In this document: positions 27,928-38,362 of the stretch, piece after piece
Numbering within the stretch: position 1 is the first letter of the stretch
Layout: each line of letters opens with the position of its first letter
IMG/VR virus record: IMGVR_UViG_3300032282_001564
Coordinates: 32,001-96,000 of that record
DNA: 64,000 nucleotides
Source of the DNA: a virus
Reading direction: 5' to 3' (one strand)
The notes under the pieces: model-generated
The model's database searches: none
Seen by the model: only the letters and a program-made list of their open reading frames with translations
Told to the model about the DNA's origin: nothing
Made by a program: the position numbers and the translations under genes

Positions 27928-28925
27928 TAAACTATAAAGATATACGTAGCGTACATTTTGAGATTAGTACTAGATGTAATAGTACTTGTCCTGATTGTCC
28001 ACGCAACTTTCGCGGGGTAGACTTAGTAGATACATATCCAGTTACTGATATGAGTCTTGCTGATGCTAAACGTGTGTTTACTGTTGATTTCCTACAACAG
28101 TTAAATCATATTACTATCAATGGTAACTTTGGTGACTTTGTTACTGCACGTGATGGATTAGAAATTGTAAAGTATTTTAAATCGGCTAACCCTGGTTTGT
28201 ATATAGAAATTAGTACCAACGGTAGTGCTCGCCCGGACATCTGGGATCCATTAGGTCGACTAGGTGTTAAAGTTTATTTTAGGCTTGATGGATTAAAAGA
28301 CACACATCATCTATATAGACAGGGAACAGACTTTGAGTTTATACTAGATAATGCCAGCAAATTTATTGCCGCCGGTGGCAATGCAGTTTGGTCTATGATT
28401 GTATTTGATCACAATCGCTACCAAATTGAAGAAGCCAGAGCAATGAGCCAAACTTTGGGTTTTCAAGAGTTTGATGAAGTATACGCAGGGAGAGATGTAA
28501 TGCCTGTGTTTACTAGAGATAAAAAATTAAGTCATGTAATTGGTGACTATCGCGGTAGCACAGATTTTGATCAACTATTCAATGCCTATAACTATTATAA
28601 AGTAGATCCTACTGTAGCGGTAAAGGCAGAAAAGACAAATTATAAAATTGATTGTTACGCTAAACGTAATCAAGAAATATACATCTGTGCCAATGGCGAA
28701 GTTTATCCTTGCTGTTGGATTGGCAACTATCCACGACATAGTTGTGCTCGCCCTAGTAACTATCAACTACAGCCGTTAATTAAAGACAACAACGCAATTG
28801 AACATGGAATAGAAACAGCCATTACATGGTTCAACCAAATAGAAAAAACTTGGGATATAGATGGAGTCCCAAATGGTAAAATATATGAATGCAACGAAAC
28901 CTGCGGAATTAAAAATGCTTCCTAA
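27924..28925 (+). CDS. Radical SAM protein 4 with C-terminal SPASM/twitch domain
   Basis: CNSTCPDC; STNGS; C...GEVYPCCW...CNETC. Confidence 0.88.
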   Translation: MINYKDIRSVHFEISTRCNSTCPDCPRNFRGVDLVDTYPVTDMSLADAKRVFTVDFLQQLNHITINGNFGDFVTARDGLEIVKYFKSANPGLYIEISTNGSARPDIWDPLGRLGVKVYFRLDGLKDTHHLYRQGTDFEFILDNASKFIAAGGNAVWSMIVFDHNRYQIEEARAMSQTLGFQEFDEVYAGRDVMPVFTRDKKLSHVIGDYRGSTDFDQLFNAYNYYKVDPTVAVKAEKTNYKIDCYAKRNQEIYICANGEVYPCCWIGNYPRHSCARPSNYQLQPLIKDNNAIEHGIETAITWFNQIEKTWDIDGVPNGKIYECNETCGIKNAS

Positions 28926-30129
28926 GACTATCTGTATGCTACCTTGGATTAGTGTTGAAACTAGCCCAATGGGTACAGTACGCCCGTGCTGTATGGCACA
29001 TGATGAGATAGTAGATGACAATGGAAAGAAATACGACTTAAATGAAACAACGATTGAAGAAGCGTACCATAGTACTTATATGCAAAAATTGCGACAGGAG
29101 TTCCGTGATGGAAACAGACCGGGAACCTGTAACCGCTGTTGGGAGGAAGAGGCAGCGGGCCGAGACAGCAAACGAATCCACAGTCAAGTTCGTCTTAAAG
29201 AACTGTTTAAAAAAGTAGACTGGGATAATAACAATCCTGACCAACTTTGGTTTGTTGATTTAAAACTAGGTAATATCTGTAACTTAAAATGTCGTATATG
29301 TGGCTCGTGGTCCAGCTCAAGTTGGGCTACAGAAGAAATGGCCTACTTAGAACCTGGACGCAACAAGAAAGAACACATTGCCTACACTTGGTTAAAACAA
29401 GGCGCATGGCCACGTAAGACAACAACGTTCTGGGATAATATGCGTGAGCTTATTCCTAACATCAGATACTTTGAGTTTACTGGCGGTGAGCCTTGGATGA
29501 TTCAGGAGCACTGGGACCTATTAAAATTTGCCGCAGATAATAGATACAGTCAAAACATTGACATACATTACAACACCAATGCCACACAAGAGCTAGGCGA
29601 ACATACTGCGGTATGGAGCAAATTTGGTCGGGTAGACATTGCCTTCAGCGTTGACAATGTGGAAGAACGTTTTGAATATGAACGTTACGGTGCTGATTGG
29701 GTGTTGGCAAATAAAATCATCGACGATGTGCATTTTGCCAAAGAAGTGGATAGCCCTAACATAACCACACAACTTTGTTTTACTATCAATATTCAGAATG
29801 TTTACTACCTAGATGAATTACTTGCGTGGGCAAACACTAAAAACTTTGGTGACATATATTTTAATATGCTACACAGTCCAGACCATATGAGCATACAGCA
29901 TATGACTCCGCAAGCACAAGAATTAGTCTTAAACAAACTTAAAACTACATTTTGGACTAGCCGTAAGTATCAAGAAGAAATCAATAGTGTCATTAATTTT
30001 ATCGAAGCGGGCCCAGGTAGTGATGGTCAAGAGTTCTTACGTAAAATGAAACAAACAGATGCGTATCGCAAACAAGACTTTAGAGATACACATAGAGAAA
30101 TAGCTATTGCTATGGGTTATGAAGATTAA
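28915..30129 (+). CDS. Radical SAM protein 5 with N-terminal twitch-like domain
   Basis: CMLPW...PCC...CNRCW; CNLKCRIC; TGGEP; YNTN. Confidence 0.9.
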   Translation: MLPKTICMLPWISVETSPMGTVRPCCMAHDEIVDDNGKKYDLNETTIEEAYHSTYMQKLRQEFRDGNRPGTCNRCWEEEAAGRDSKRIHSQVRLKELFKKVDWDNNNPDQLWFVDLKLGNICNLKCRICGSWSSSSWATEEMAYLEPGRNKKEHIAYTWLKQGAWPRKTTTFWDNMRELIPNIRYFEFTGGEPWMIQEHWDLLKFAADNRYSQNIDIHYNTNATQELGEHTAVWSKFGRVDIAFSVDNVEERFEYERYGADWVLANKIIDDVHFAKEVDSPNITTQLCFTINIQNVYYLDELLAWANTKNFGDIYFNMLHSPDHMSIQHMTPQAQELVLNKLKTTFWTSRKYQEEINSVINFIEAGPGSDGQEFLRKMKQTDAYRKQDFRDTHREIAIAMGYED

Positions 30130-31060
30130 ACTAGTTCACTTCAACAATGAATTTGGTAAATTTGTTTACCCAGCGTTTGCTGATTGTTTTTCTAACTACT
30201 TTGAATTAGAAGAATATGATACTACAAAAACGTACGATAAAGCCAGTACTGTATTTGTAATTAACACGCATCAATATATTTTTGTTAATCATTTAGTAAA
30301 CGATGGATACAAAGTTTTAGTAGAAAATCTACAGGAAAATTCTATTAACACACCATTGTCAGGCGAGCGAGTACAGCATATGATTTGTGTACACGATACT
30401 CGCATTACTGATATGATTACTGTACCTTTGTATTTTTGGTACAAAGAAAGTCGGCAGTTTGACTACAGGTCTTTACCAAGAACTAACACAGCCGATCTTA
30501 AATTTTTATTAATGATGAATTACCAAAGGGGTTTTAGAGATGCAATACATTATGTGTTTGACGACATACGTAATGAAGGCCTATATAGCTATGTTAGCCA
30601 CGGCATACAAATGCCCAGAGACATTAGGCAAAGCCAACCCCATTGGGATAGATACATTAACGCCGAATGGTATAACCGTACACAATTTAGTGTAGTAGTA
30701 GAAACGGCAATGACCCGTGGCCCAAGGGAAGTTTTTATAACAGAAAAAACAACAAAGCCGTTGGCAATGCGGCATCCGTTTATTACTTTGGCTTGTCCCG
30801 AAACACTAGCATTACTTAGAGCCGCAGGATTTGAAACGTACAATAACTTATTTGACGAAACATATGATACGGTCTTAGATGAACATGAAAGAATTAGAAA
30901 CGTATATCAACAAGTAAAAAATTACAACCATAATGGTTACGATAAAATTACACAAGATAAAATAGACTATAACTATAATTACTTTTACGATTATAATCAA
31001 GTAAACAAAAGATTTACACAAGACATAGTAACACCAATATTAGAATTTGCCAATGAATAA
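30119..31060 (+). CDS. Glycosyltransferase-like protein (GT10-like C-terminal motif)
   Basis: FSVVVET...FITEKTTKP...HPFI...GFETY...FDETYD; paralogue of 50590. Confidence 0.5.
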   Translation: MKIKLVHFNNEFGKFVYPAFADCFSNYFELEEYDTTKTYDKASTVFVINTHQYIFVNHLVNDGYKVLVENLQENSINTPLSGERVQHMICVHDTRITDMITVPLYFWYKESRQFDYRSLPRTNTADLKFLLMMNYQRGFRDAIHYVFDDIRNEGLYSYVSHGIQMPRDIRQSQPHWDRYINAEWYNRTQFSVVVETAMTRGPREVFITEKTTKPLAMRHPFITLACPETLALLRAAGFETYNNLFDETYDTVLDEHERIRNVYQQVKNYNHNGYDKITQDKIDYNYNYFYDYNQVNKRFTQDIVTPILEFANE

Positions 31061-32354
31061 ACCCGAAACACTATGTATGGCTCCATGGGTACATACTTAC
31101 CTAAGCCCGCAAACTGAAAGACGTATGTGCTGTGCGTCTAGAGAGCCTGCACAAAACTTTCAACAGTATATTGACACTAGTTCGGGTACTGGAAAGTACA
31201 TACCTATTACGTTAGATAAGCATTGGAATAGTGAACACATGCGTAGTGTACGTCGACGCATGATGGCCGGAGAAACATTACCAGAATGCGAAGTGTGTAA
31301 TGACAAACTTTTAAACACAGACGTTTACCGTAGTTATTTTGAACGCCTGTTTGGGCATAAGTATTTACAAGTAGTAGAAAATACAGATTCTACAGGCTAT
31401 ACAACAATGAAGCCTGTTTCGTGGGATTACCGTTTCAGTAATCTTTGTAACTTCAAATGTCGTATGTGCGGTGATATGTTATCCAGTGCTTGGGAAACAG
31501 AACAACGTCAACATAATATGATCGACTGGAAAGATCCAAACACACACTGGATGAAACCTGAAGTCAAAGAGCAAATAACGAAGTTTCAAGACACCCAGGT
31601 AGAGCAAGAGTTTGCTACTGCTGTTGAAGAGCACCGAATAGAAGAGGTGTATTGGGTGGGAGGTGAACCGCTAATGTACGAACAACATTGGAAGTATATG
31701 CGGCGCATCATTGAACTTGGAGATGGAAAAAATGTTTATGCTAGGTATAACACAAATCTTAGTCGCGTTAATTATCGTGGTATTAATCTCTATCGGGACA
31801 TACTATCTGGGTTACGTGACTGGCAAATCTGTGCAAGCATCGACGGAACGGGCAGAATTGGAGAGTATATTAGATCAGGTCTTAATTTTGATTCGTGGCT
31901 TGAGAATCTCCGCGAGGGACTTAACTACAACCGTAGCCGCCGCCAAATCCGTTTGGATTTCACTCTTACTACACCAGGACTCTTTGAAGTACAAAAGATA
32001 CAAGAACTTGCGGACTCGCTCGGAATAGATGTTCTTGCCAAAGTAATTTTTAGTTTTAGCCCGGACATAGTTATGTCACCTTTAGCCCTACCCAAGGACG
32101 TATTACATCCTTGGGTAGACGAGATTATTAACCAGATGCAACATTCCGGCGGCGCCTTAAAGGATATCTTAGTCCAGCTAAAAACTAGACCTACTTTTGC
32201 TGAACAGTGGCCTGACACTTACCAACAAATGGCTCTAAAGGGCAAATTAAGAACTTTAGAGATTGAAAAAATTCGAAATGACAAGTATACTATGCGTGAC
32301 ATCTTGGCAGAACGTCCAGACGCATTAGCTTGGTGGGATTCAATTGGCAATTAA
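31053..32354 (+). CDS. Radical SAM protein 6 with N-terminal twitch-like domain
   Basis: CMAPW...MCC...CEVC; CNFKCRMC; VGGEP; YNTN. Confidence 0.9.
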   Translation: MNKPETLCMAPWVHTYLSPQTERRMCCASREPAQNFQQYIDTSSGTGKYIPITLDKHWNSEHMRSVRRRMMAGETLPECEVCNDKLLNTDVYRSYFERLFGHKYLQVVENTDSTGYTTMKPVSWDYRFSNLCNFKCRMCGDMLSSAWETEQRQHNMIDWKDPNTHWMKPEVKEQITKFQDTQVEQEFATAVEEHRIEEVYWVGGEPLMYEQHWKYMRRIIELGDGKNVYARYNTNLSRVNYRGINLYRDILSGLRDWQICASIDGTGRIGEYIRSGLNFDSWLENLREGLNYNRSRRQIRLDFTLTTPGLFEVQKIQELADSLGIDVLAKVIFSFSPDIVMSPLALPKDVLHPWVDEIINQMQHSGGALKDILVQLKTRPTFAEQWPDTYQQMALKGKLRTLEIEKIRNDKYTMRDILAERPDALAWWDSIGN

Positions 32355-33423
32355 AATACTATTAAGCAACCCTTTACTTAGAAATGATTTTGTTGATTAC
32401 ACAATCGTTCCTAACGATACCCTGCTGGCACATGATTGGCAACAGGCCTTAAAAGGAATATTGCAGTCGGGAAATTTATTAGAAAAAAACTTTTGCTTTA
32501 TGGGCTTTCCAAAAACAGCTCGTACAGTAGAATATTTGTGTAATGAATTAAACGAACACGTAAAGACTATTAATAAGTTCTTTGACAACGAGTATTTTAT
32601 TTGGGAAATATTTACTCCTGACAATGTAGTGGGATTTGACTATGCTGAAAATGGCATTAACCACGACATGATGAATAAGTTACATAATCACTTTGAACGT
32701 TTACAAGGTACTGTTGGCGGATTAAGTGTTTATTACCGAAGTGCTGATTATGAAACAAAGTATGCTATACGACAATTAAATAATATTTGTCACGAGTTAG
32801 AAACATTGATATTAAGCAGACGTAAACTAGCAACAGATCCGTATTGGGTACGCCCTAGCCAAATTACTACGTTCCTACAAGCACAACGCTATGACTTAAA
32901 ACAGGAACATCGTCAAGGCTTTGTTACCAACGGATATGATCGTGTCTTTGGCGGCGTCTATATGCATTGGACACAGATAGGCAAGACATTGTTTGAAGTA
33001 TTCCGTGATGAAAATGCTCCAGAGCTAACAGCAACAGTATGTGAAGCTATTACAGAATTAAAATACTACTCGGGCGAATTCGACATTGAGTGGGGCAATA
33101 ATGTAGTGCGTAATGGTGGTCATCCTTGGCACGACAAAGAACAAAGTCATTTTGAACAGTGGTTAATTGAAAACAATAGAGATCCTCAGGATCCTGAATT
33201 GAGTTTAGGCTACTTGCCATTGGGACAAGTAGATTTAATGGCCAGCTTTGGGACCACAGATTACAAACAAATTTGGGACGTATTAGGTAGTCACTTAGAT
33301 ATACACAGTATAGAAATAGATGGAGTCAGTAGGACCTACGAGTATTGTTGGTCAAATCCTGGCTACAAACAAATGCAAATAGATATAATGAAGCCAGGAT
33401 ATGATTATAGTAGCCGGGGGTGA
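32344..33423 (+). CDS. Hypothetical protein of the modification cluster
   Basis: 359-aa ORF with LHNHFE, LNNICHELE and YMHWTQIGKT motifs; function not recognised. Confidence 0.7.
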   Translation: MAIKILLSNPLLRNDFVDYTIVPNDTLLAHDWQQALKGILQSGNLLEKNFCFMGFPKTARTVEYLCNELNEHVKTINKFFDNEYFIWEIFTPDNVVGFDYAENGINHDMMNKLHNHFERLQGTVGGLSVYYRSADYETKYAIRQLNNICHELETLILSRRKLATDPYWVRPSQITTFLQAQRYDLKQEHRQGFVTNGYDRVFGGVYMHWTQIGKTLFEVFRDENAPELTATVCEAITELKYYSGEFDIEWGNNVVRNGGHPWHDKEQSHFEQWLIENNRDPQDPELSLGYLPLGQVDLMASFGTTDYKQIWDVLGSHLDIHSIEIDGVSRTYEYCWSNPGYKQMQIDIMKPGYDYSSRG

Positions 33424-34213
33424 TAGTTTTGTTTACGGTAGTGAGTTAGCAGACTGTAATGGAGAATACAGTCAAAGCACCTTTACGGCGCTACTAGCCA
33501 GTGGACAAGAATACGAATGTGTAGCGTGGCCGGGCAACGGCAATGACGCTATTGCTCGTCGTGTTGTCAGTGAGTGCGAAGCACTATATCCAGTAAAACC
33601 TTTTGTTATTGTGTCTTGGACTTTTCCCGGACGATATGAATTCCGTTTTAACTACCATACTGGACAGCGTACAGGCAATTGGTACAGCATCAATGCCTGG
33701 ACAGTAGAACAAGATGTTACTCGTATTGAACGCGAGTTTATGATAGAAGACAAAGATATATTAGATTATCAAGTTGCTACAATTAAACGTGCTAGACAAA
33801 CCGGTGTTGCTGATTTTGCTGAAACTTTTTACAAACACATAGGTGATAGCGAGTACTGGGAAGTATACAGTAGTCTTAAAGAAATAGTATATTTGCAAAA
33901 CTATTTAAAAGCCAATGGCATTGGTTATATGTTTACTTGTGCAGATAATAGCATTTGGTACAACTACACTATCAATAATGCCGACACTACAATACATAGC
34001 CTAACTGAACAAATACACAGAGACCAGGAGCATTGGTTTTGGTTCCCTGCAGGATCCGGTAGTCATCAAACCGAACAGCCAAGAGGGTTTTACCAATGGG
34101 CAGTAGAGAATAAATACCCAGTAGGCACTACACATCCTCTCGAAGCGGCACACGCTGATGCCGCTAAATTAATGAAAGATCAATTCAATGAACTGGTTAA
34201 AAAATCTGTATAA
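33401..34213 (+). CDS. SGNH/GDSL-like hydrolase or acyltransferase
   Basis: GGDSFVYG, PGNGN, VSWT...R, HPLEAAH. Confidence 0.65.
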   Translation: MIIVAGGDSFVYGSELADCNGEYSQSTFTALLASGQEYECVAWPGNGNDAIARRVVSECEALYPVKPFVIVSWTFPGRYEFRFNYHTGQRTGNWYSINAWTVEQDVTRIEREFMIEDKDILDYQVATIKRARQTGVADFAETFYKHIGDSEYWEVYSSLKEIVYLQNYLKANGIGYMFTCADNSIWYNYTINNADTTIHSLTEQIHRDQEHWFWFPAGSGSHQTEQPRGFYQWAVENKYPVGTTHPLEAAHADAAKLMKDQFNELVKKSV

Positions 34214-34289
34214 CAGAATTAAGTTAGAAATTCGCTATCGCAAAAAACTTAAAGAGTTGCGTAAACGTGATCCTTTTATTTACAAATGA
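34188..34289 (+). CDS. 33-aa basic peptide, not in the ORF track
   Basis: MNWLKNLYNRIKLEIRYRKKLKELRKRDPFIYK; fills the gap and is ATGA-coupled to the next gene. Confidence 0.6.
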   Translation: MNWLKNLYNRIKLEIRYRKKLKELRKRDPFIYK

Positions 34290-35860
34290 TTAATGTTTGC
34301 ATAGTTGGCGGCGGCTTTACTGGATGGATGACTGCGGTTATCCTAAAGAAAGAATGCCCTCGGGCTCGTATTACTATTATTGATAGCCCTACCGAGCCAC
34401 AACGCATGGGCGTCGGCGAAAGCTGTCCTGACAATTGGCTCATATGGTTATTAGACCATCTTAAAGTACCAATGGATCAACGTAGCGATTGGTTTAAGAA
34501 CTGGCTACTTGAAACTAACAGTATGCTCAAGTATGGTGTACGTTGGTATGATTGGAATGGCGTAGGCACAAGAGATTTCTTAGTTCCATGGACTCCAAAC
34601 TCAGACGCACATAATATAATGAATGGCGGAATTATACAGTTTCCCAAGACAGCCGCTGATGCATACAAGATGTCAGACATATGGTATGAGTTGTACTTGC
34701 AAGGCCGACGCAACATAGAAGATTTTAACGTTGACCTAGGCGACCTATATTGGACTATCAGTCAAAATCGTGTTCCATACTATCAAGGTAAGTTTCATAA
34801 TTTCCAAAGTTACACTTGTCAAATTAATACCACAGATGTAACAGCATGGTTCAAACGCACATACGCACACGAAATAGATCAAATATTAAATGTAACAATA
34901 GCCGACGCAGAATTAACAGAATCGGGTGCTGTCCGTGCTGTAGTTGATACAGAAGGCAACAGACATACTGCCGATCTGTTTATTGACTGTTCGGGTTTTA
35001 AACGTATTTTTAATCGTTACGTAGATTTTGATTTCCGTCCTGGATATAATCGTGTTGTCCATCGTTCAGCGGCTGTTACTATCAATCGTTATAACAGCAA
35101 CGAAGATATACTAAATGAAATGGTGCCTTACACACGTTTCAATACTATGCGTAATGGCTGGCGCTGGGAAATACCTTTACTAAAGACCAAGAGCTTTGGT
35201 TATGTCTTTGATAGAGAATTTACTAACAAAGAAGAAGCATTTGCTGAGTTAACAGAACGCACAGGTACTGACCGTCGTGTATTAGATCCTGTGCTAATAG
35301 AATGGGAACCAGGATTCTGCAGACGTGCTTGGTCTAAGAATGTAATTACCTTGGGACTAAGTACAGGCTTCATTGACCCAATTGATGGTAACAGTATTGC
35401 TACACAACGATTACAAATAGATCATATTGTTAATGCTGTACGTAACCCTACTAGCCTTAACACTGAACGTGAAACATACAATCAAAAAGTTGACCGTATG
35501 TTTGCAGATATCTGTTTACGCAAAGATGTAACCTTCTGTCTAGCACCACGTAATGATACAGCCTATTGGCAACGCAATAAAACTCTTTATGATAAACAAG
35601 AATTATTAGATCGTTGCCGTGAGCGTCTAAACAATAATGAGTTCTACGGACGTTACCCATTGTTCTACGACAATGCTTGGCTAGTTTATTTTATCTACTA
35701 CGGCAATGATGCCAGTTTCCGTACACGCACAAGCGACCCTGAGTTCTTAGATTTTGCAGATACTTTCTTTGTACATAAAAACAAAGTAGGACAAGCCCGT
35801 GCAAAAATCATGCCTACCCAAGTGCAATGGCTTGATTCTATTGGTGCAAAAGTGTTGTAA
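34286..35860 (+). CDS. Flavin-dependent tryptophan-halogenase-family protein
   Basis: VGGGFTGW, GVGES, K(YGVRW), FIDCSGF, GWRWEIP, LSTGFIDP. Confidence 0.85.
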   Translation: MINVCIVGGGFTGWMTAVILKKECPRARITIIDSPTEPQRMGVGESCPDNWLIWLLDHLKVPMDQRSDWFKNWLLETNSMLKYGVRWYDWNGVGTRDFLVPWTPNSDAHNIMNGGIIQFPKTAADAYKMSDIWYELYLQGRRNIEDFNVDLGDLYWTISQNRVPYYQGKFHNFQSYTCQINTTDVTAWFKRTYAHEIDQILNVTIADAELTESGAVRAVVDTEGNRHTADLFIDCSGFKRIFNRYVDFDFRPGYNRVVHRSAAVTINRYNSNEDILNEMVPYTRFNTMRNGWRWEIPLLKTKSFGYVFDREFTNKEEAFAELTERTGTDRRVLDPVLIEWEPGFCRRAWSKNVITLGLSTGFIDPIDGNSIATQRLQIDHIVNAVRNPTSLNTERETYNQKVDRMFADICLRKDVTFCLAPRNDTAYWQRNKTLYDKQELLDRCRERLNNNEFYGRYPLFYDNAWLVYFIYYGNDASFRTRTSDPEFLDFADTFFVHKNKVGQARAKIMPTQVQWLDSIGAKVL

Positions 35861-35898
35861 AAAAGCGACAGACCAAAAAATACCCAAAATAGTATACT
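35853..35898 (+). promoter_or_regulatory. Early promoter with upstream palindromic box
   Basis: TGTTG-N8-CGACA, then AATACCCAAAAT and TATACT -10. Confidence 0.55.
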
Positions 35899-35929
35899 GA
35901 TTACTTATTGTAACTCTTTTGGGGGTTTT

Positions 35930-36463
35930 GTGAGTAATCGTATTCTTGTTGCCGTTAGCATAGTCATTGTTATTATGCTTGTCCGTATTGATATACGAAC
36001 TACGGATCTAGCTGATAGGGTTGATAATATTGAACGGGTAGTTCATACTAATCATAGAATTGAATATACTAAACGTGACATTGAATGTTTGGCACGAAAC
36101 ATTTACTACGAAGCTGGTGTTGAATCAGACATTGGCAAGTATGCTGTAGCCCACGTTACTGTTAATCGTGTTAAATCTGGTTATTGGGGTAATACTGTTT
36201 GCAAAGTAGTTCATGCTCCAAAACAATTCTCCTGGACATTGATTAAACGCCTGCGTCATCCTGACCCGGCACTATATGAACGCTGTAAAGATATTGCCGT
36301 TGCTACACTAAGTGGCCGTGGTGTTAAAGGTCTTGAGCGTAGTTTATTCTATCATGCTGACTATATTAAAACTCCACATTGGGCCGATCCCAATCAACAA
36401 GTAAAGAAAATCGGACAGCATCTTTTCTACAATAAAGCAAAGAATTCCAATTTGGAAATCTAA
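35930..36463 (+). CDS. Cell wall hydrolase (SleB/Hydrolase_2 family) with N-terminal membrane anchor
   Basis: CLARNIYYEAG, AVAHVTVNRV, VC.VV..PKQFSW, FYHADY..P.W, IGQHLFY. Confidence 0.9.
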   Translation: MSNRILVAVSIVIVIMLVRIDIRTTDLADRVDNIERVVHTNHRIEYTKRDIECLARNIYYEAGVESDIGKYAVAHVTVNRVKSGYWGNTVCKVVHAPKQFSWTLIKRLRHPDPALYERCKDIAVATLSGRGVKGLERSLFYHADYIKTPHWADPNQQVKKIGQHLFYNKAKNSNLEI

Positions 36464-36466
36464 AGG

Positions 36467-36495
36467 TTGACGTAGTCAAAGTTTTGTAGTACAGT
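36467..36495 (+). promoter_or_regulatory. Sigma70-like promoter
   Basis: TTGACG-17 nt-TACAGT. Confidence 0.5.
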
Positions 36496-36561
36496 AACAC
36501 TATTGCCGATGGACATGTCATGGGGACTACGCCGGAGGGAATTACAACTAGGAGAATTATT

Positions 36562-37764
36562 ATGGCGACAGCCAATTTCATTGCAGTACAACCGCAGTCA
36601 TATGCGGCACAACAAAACGCCCAGTATAACCACTCGGGTTCAAAGTTCGTAGATCTTGGTACAAGATTTAACAACACAATCTCAAACCTTCCACGCATTA
36701 AACAAACAGGTGCTCGTAGTATGATTACGAATGCTTGTAACGAGTTTATAAAAAAGCATACCCACCTTACCTGTTTTGAAGACATGGATCTTGCTATTGC
36801 TGGCGAGACTTATATGTCAGAAATTCTAATTGACATTACCATTCAGCGTATCCTTAACTTGCCTTGGTGTGCAGAAATTCTAACTAACTTCCGTGAAGTG
36901 CAAGCAGACCCGATTAAACTTTATGAAGTCACTGCTGGCGGAGACTTAGCAGATCGTTACCCTGTAGGTACTAAACTGTTTGCTAGTTGGGACGCCCAGC
37001 ACACCGCTATTGTCTACTGGATTATTGCAGTAATGATCTTTAAACAAGATCCTAAAAAAGTCAAAGTGCCAAGTATCTTGTACAAGGTTAAAAACCGTGC
37101 AGATATCCGTATGAACTTTGTAGGCGGTAATAGCGACAAAGGTAAACTTACACTAGACAAGATTGACTTGTTCCGCCAAATGGTACTAGGTGTACGTCTT
37201 GACGGCAACACCGAGCCTAAATGGATTGAATCTGAACTTAAACAGCAATACCTTGAAGGTGCTGATTTGTTTGTAACGGCAGAAAAATTTGGCGATACTC
37301 ATATGCCAGGTGCAATTAGTCGTATGGCAGAGATTGACAAGTACAGTAGTGACATTATTCGTAAGTTTGCACTATACACAACTACTATACCCGCACCCCG
37401 CCCAATTGATTCGCAGGAAATCGAGATCATGTGTGCGTGGTTTAACCTTGCCAAAGAAGATGGCATCGACTACACTGATGACGAAGTAATTAGCATTGGC
37501 AATCATTTGCACCATTTGTTTAATGCAGACTTCCATGAGTCTAGTCCGTTCTGGGTTAAGGTGCGTACAGCCTACGAGCATTGGCATAAGAAATACTATG
37601 CTGGCCTACCATCTACACATCAACCCAAGCACATGAAGATGAGTAAGAATTGGAACACTGGCGGCACGTTCTTGTGGCACCAACTTACCAAGACTTGGAA
37701 TGGCCGTATTCCGGCACTAAACTCCAGTACTCCGTTTATGCCTGCTGTAAAGGACTTGTACTAA
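36562..37764 (+). CDS. ParB/Srx-like (DGQHR-type) domain protein
   Basis: IDITIQR...PIKLY...SWDAQHT; AGGAG SD before the ATG at 36562. Confidence 0.55.
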   Translation: MATANFIAVQPQSYAAQQNAQYNHSGSKFVDLGTRFNNTISNLPRIKQTGARSMITNACNEFIKKHTHLTCFEDMDLAIAGETYMSEILIDITIQRILNLPWCAEILTNFREVQADPIKLYEVTAGGDLADRYPVGTKLFASWDAQHTAIVYWIIAVMIFKQDPKKVKVPSILYKVKNRADIRMNFVGGNSDKGKLTLDKIDLFRQMVLGVRLDGNTEPKWIESELKQQYLEGADLFVTAEKFGDTHMPGAISRMAEIDKYSSDIIRKFALYTTTIPAPRPIDSQEIEIMCAWFNLAKEDGIDYTDDEVISIGNHLHHLFNADFHESSPFWVKVRTAYEHWHKKYYAGLPSTHQPKHMKMSKNWNTGGTFLWHQLTKTWNGRIPALNSSTPFMPAVKDLY

Positions 37765-37765
37765 T

Positions 37766-38362
37766 ATGGATATCCTAGAACAAAACCTAAAAGAGATTAG
37801 GCCTAAACGTAAGTCTAGTGTAAAACGCAACGACAAAGCCTATACAGATTGTTTAACTACGACTACCGCAGAACTTGAGCGTCTACTAGAACTGTATCGT
37901 ACTACAGTATTTGATGAAGACATGCGGGCTCGTTTGCTACGTGATAGCATTGACCATCATATCCGTCGATACCACGGGTACGCTATCCAAGGCAAAATTA
38001 AATCACACTATCATCAAAAGGGTGTGAGTTTAAAAGCCAAGGATACAATCTTTGAACACGTTATTCCAGCGGCACAGGTGCGTGACTTGTTGATTGAAAA
38101 CAAGCTGTCTATTAATCAAGCACTAAATGTACCTACGTGTCGTGTATCACGCAAAGGAAATAGTTTGCTTAATGCCAGAGGTATGCATGATCGTAATACT
38201 GATCCGTGGAACTTCTTTAAACGCTATAAAGCAGGTATGGCAGACTTAGACAGCGATGGTAATACAGTATTCCCAGAGTTTGAAGCATACAATGGTCAAT
38301 TGGTTACTGATCTTGATACTTGGACTTTGCGTGATCACTTTAACTTGTTTGGCGTAGTATGA
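37766..38362 (+). CDS. HNH-like nuclease domain protein
   Basis: FEHVIPA...N..LN...RY resembles a beta-beta-alpha-metal (EHxxP) nuclease. Confidence 0.45.
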   Translation: MDILEQNLKEIRPKRKSSVKRNDKAYTDCLTTTTAELERLLELYRTTVFDEDMRARLLRDSIDHHIRRYHGYAIQGKIKSHYHQKGVSLKAKDTIFEHVIPAAQVRDLLIENKLSINQALNVPTCRVSRKGNSLLNARGMHDRNTDPWNFFKRYKAGMADLDSDGNTVFPEFEAYNGQLVTDLDTWTLRDHFNLFGVV

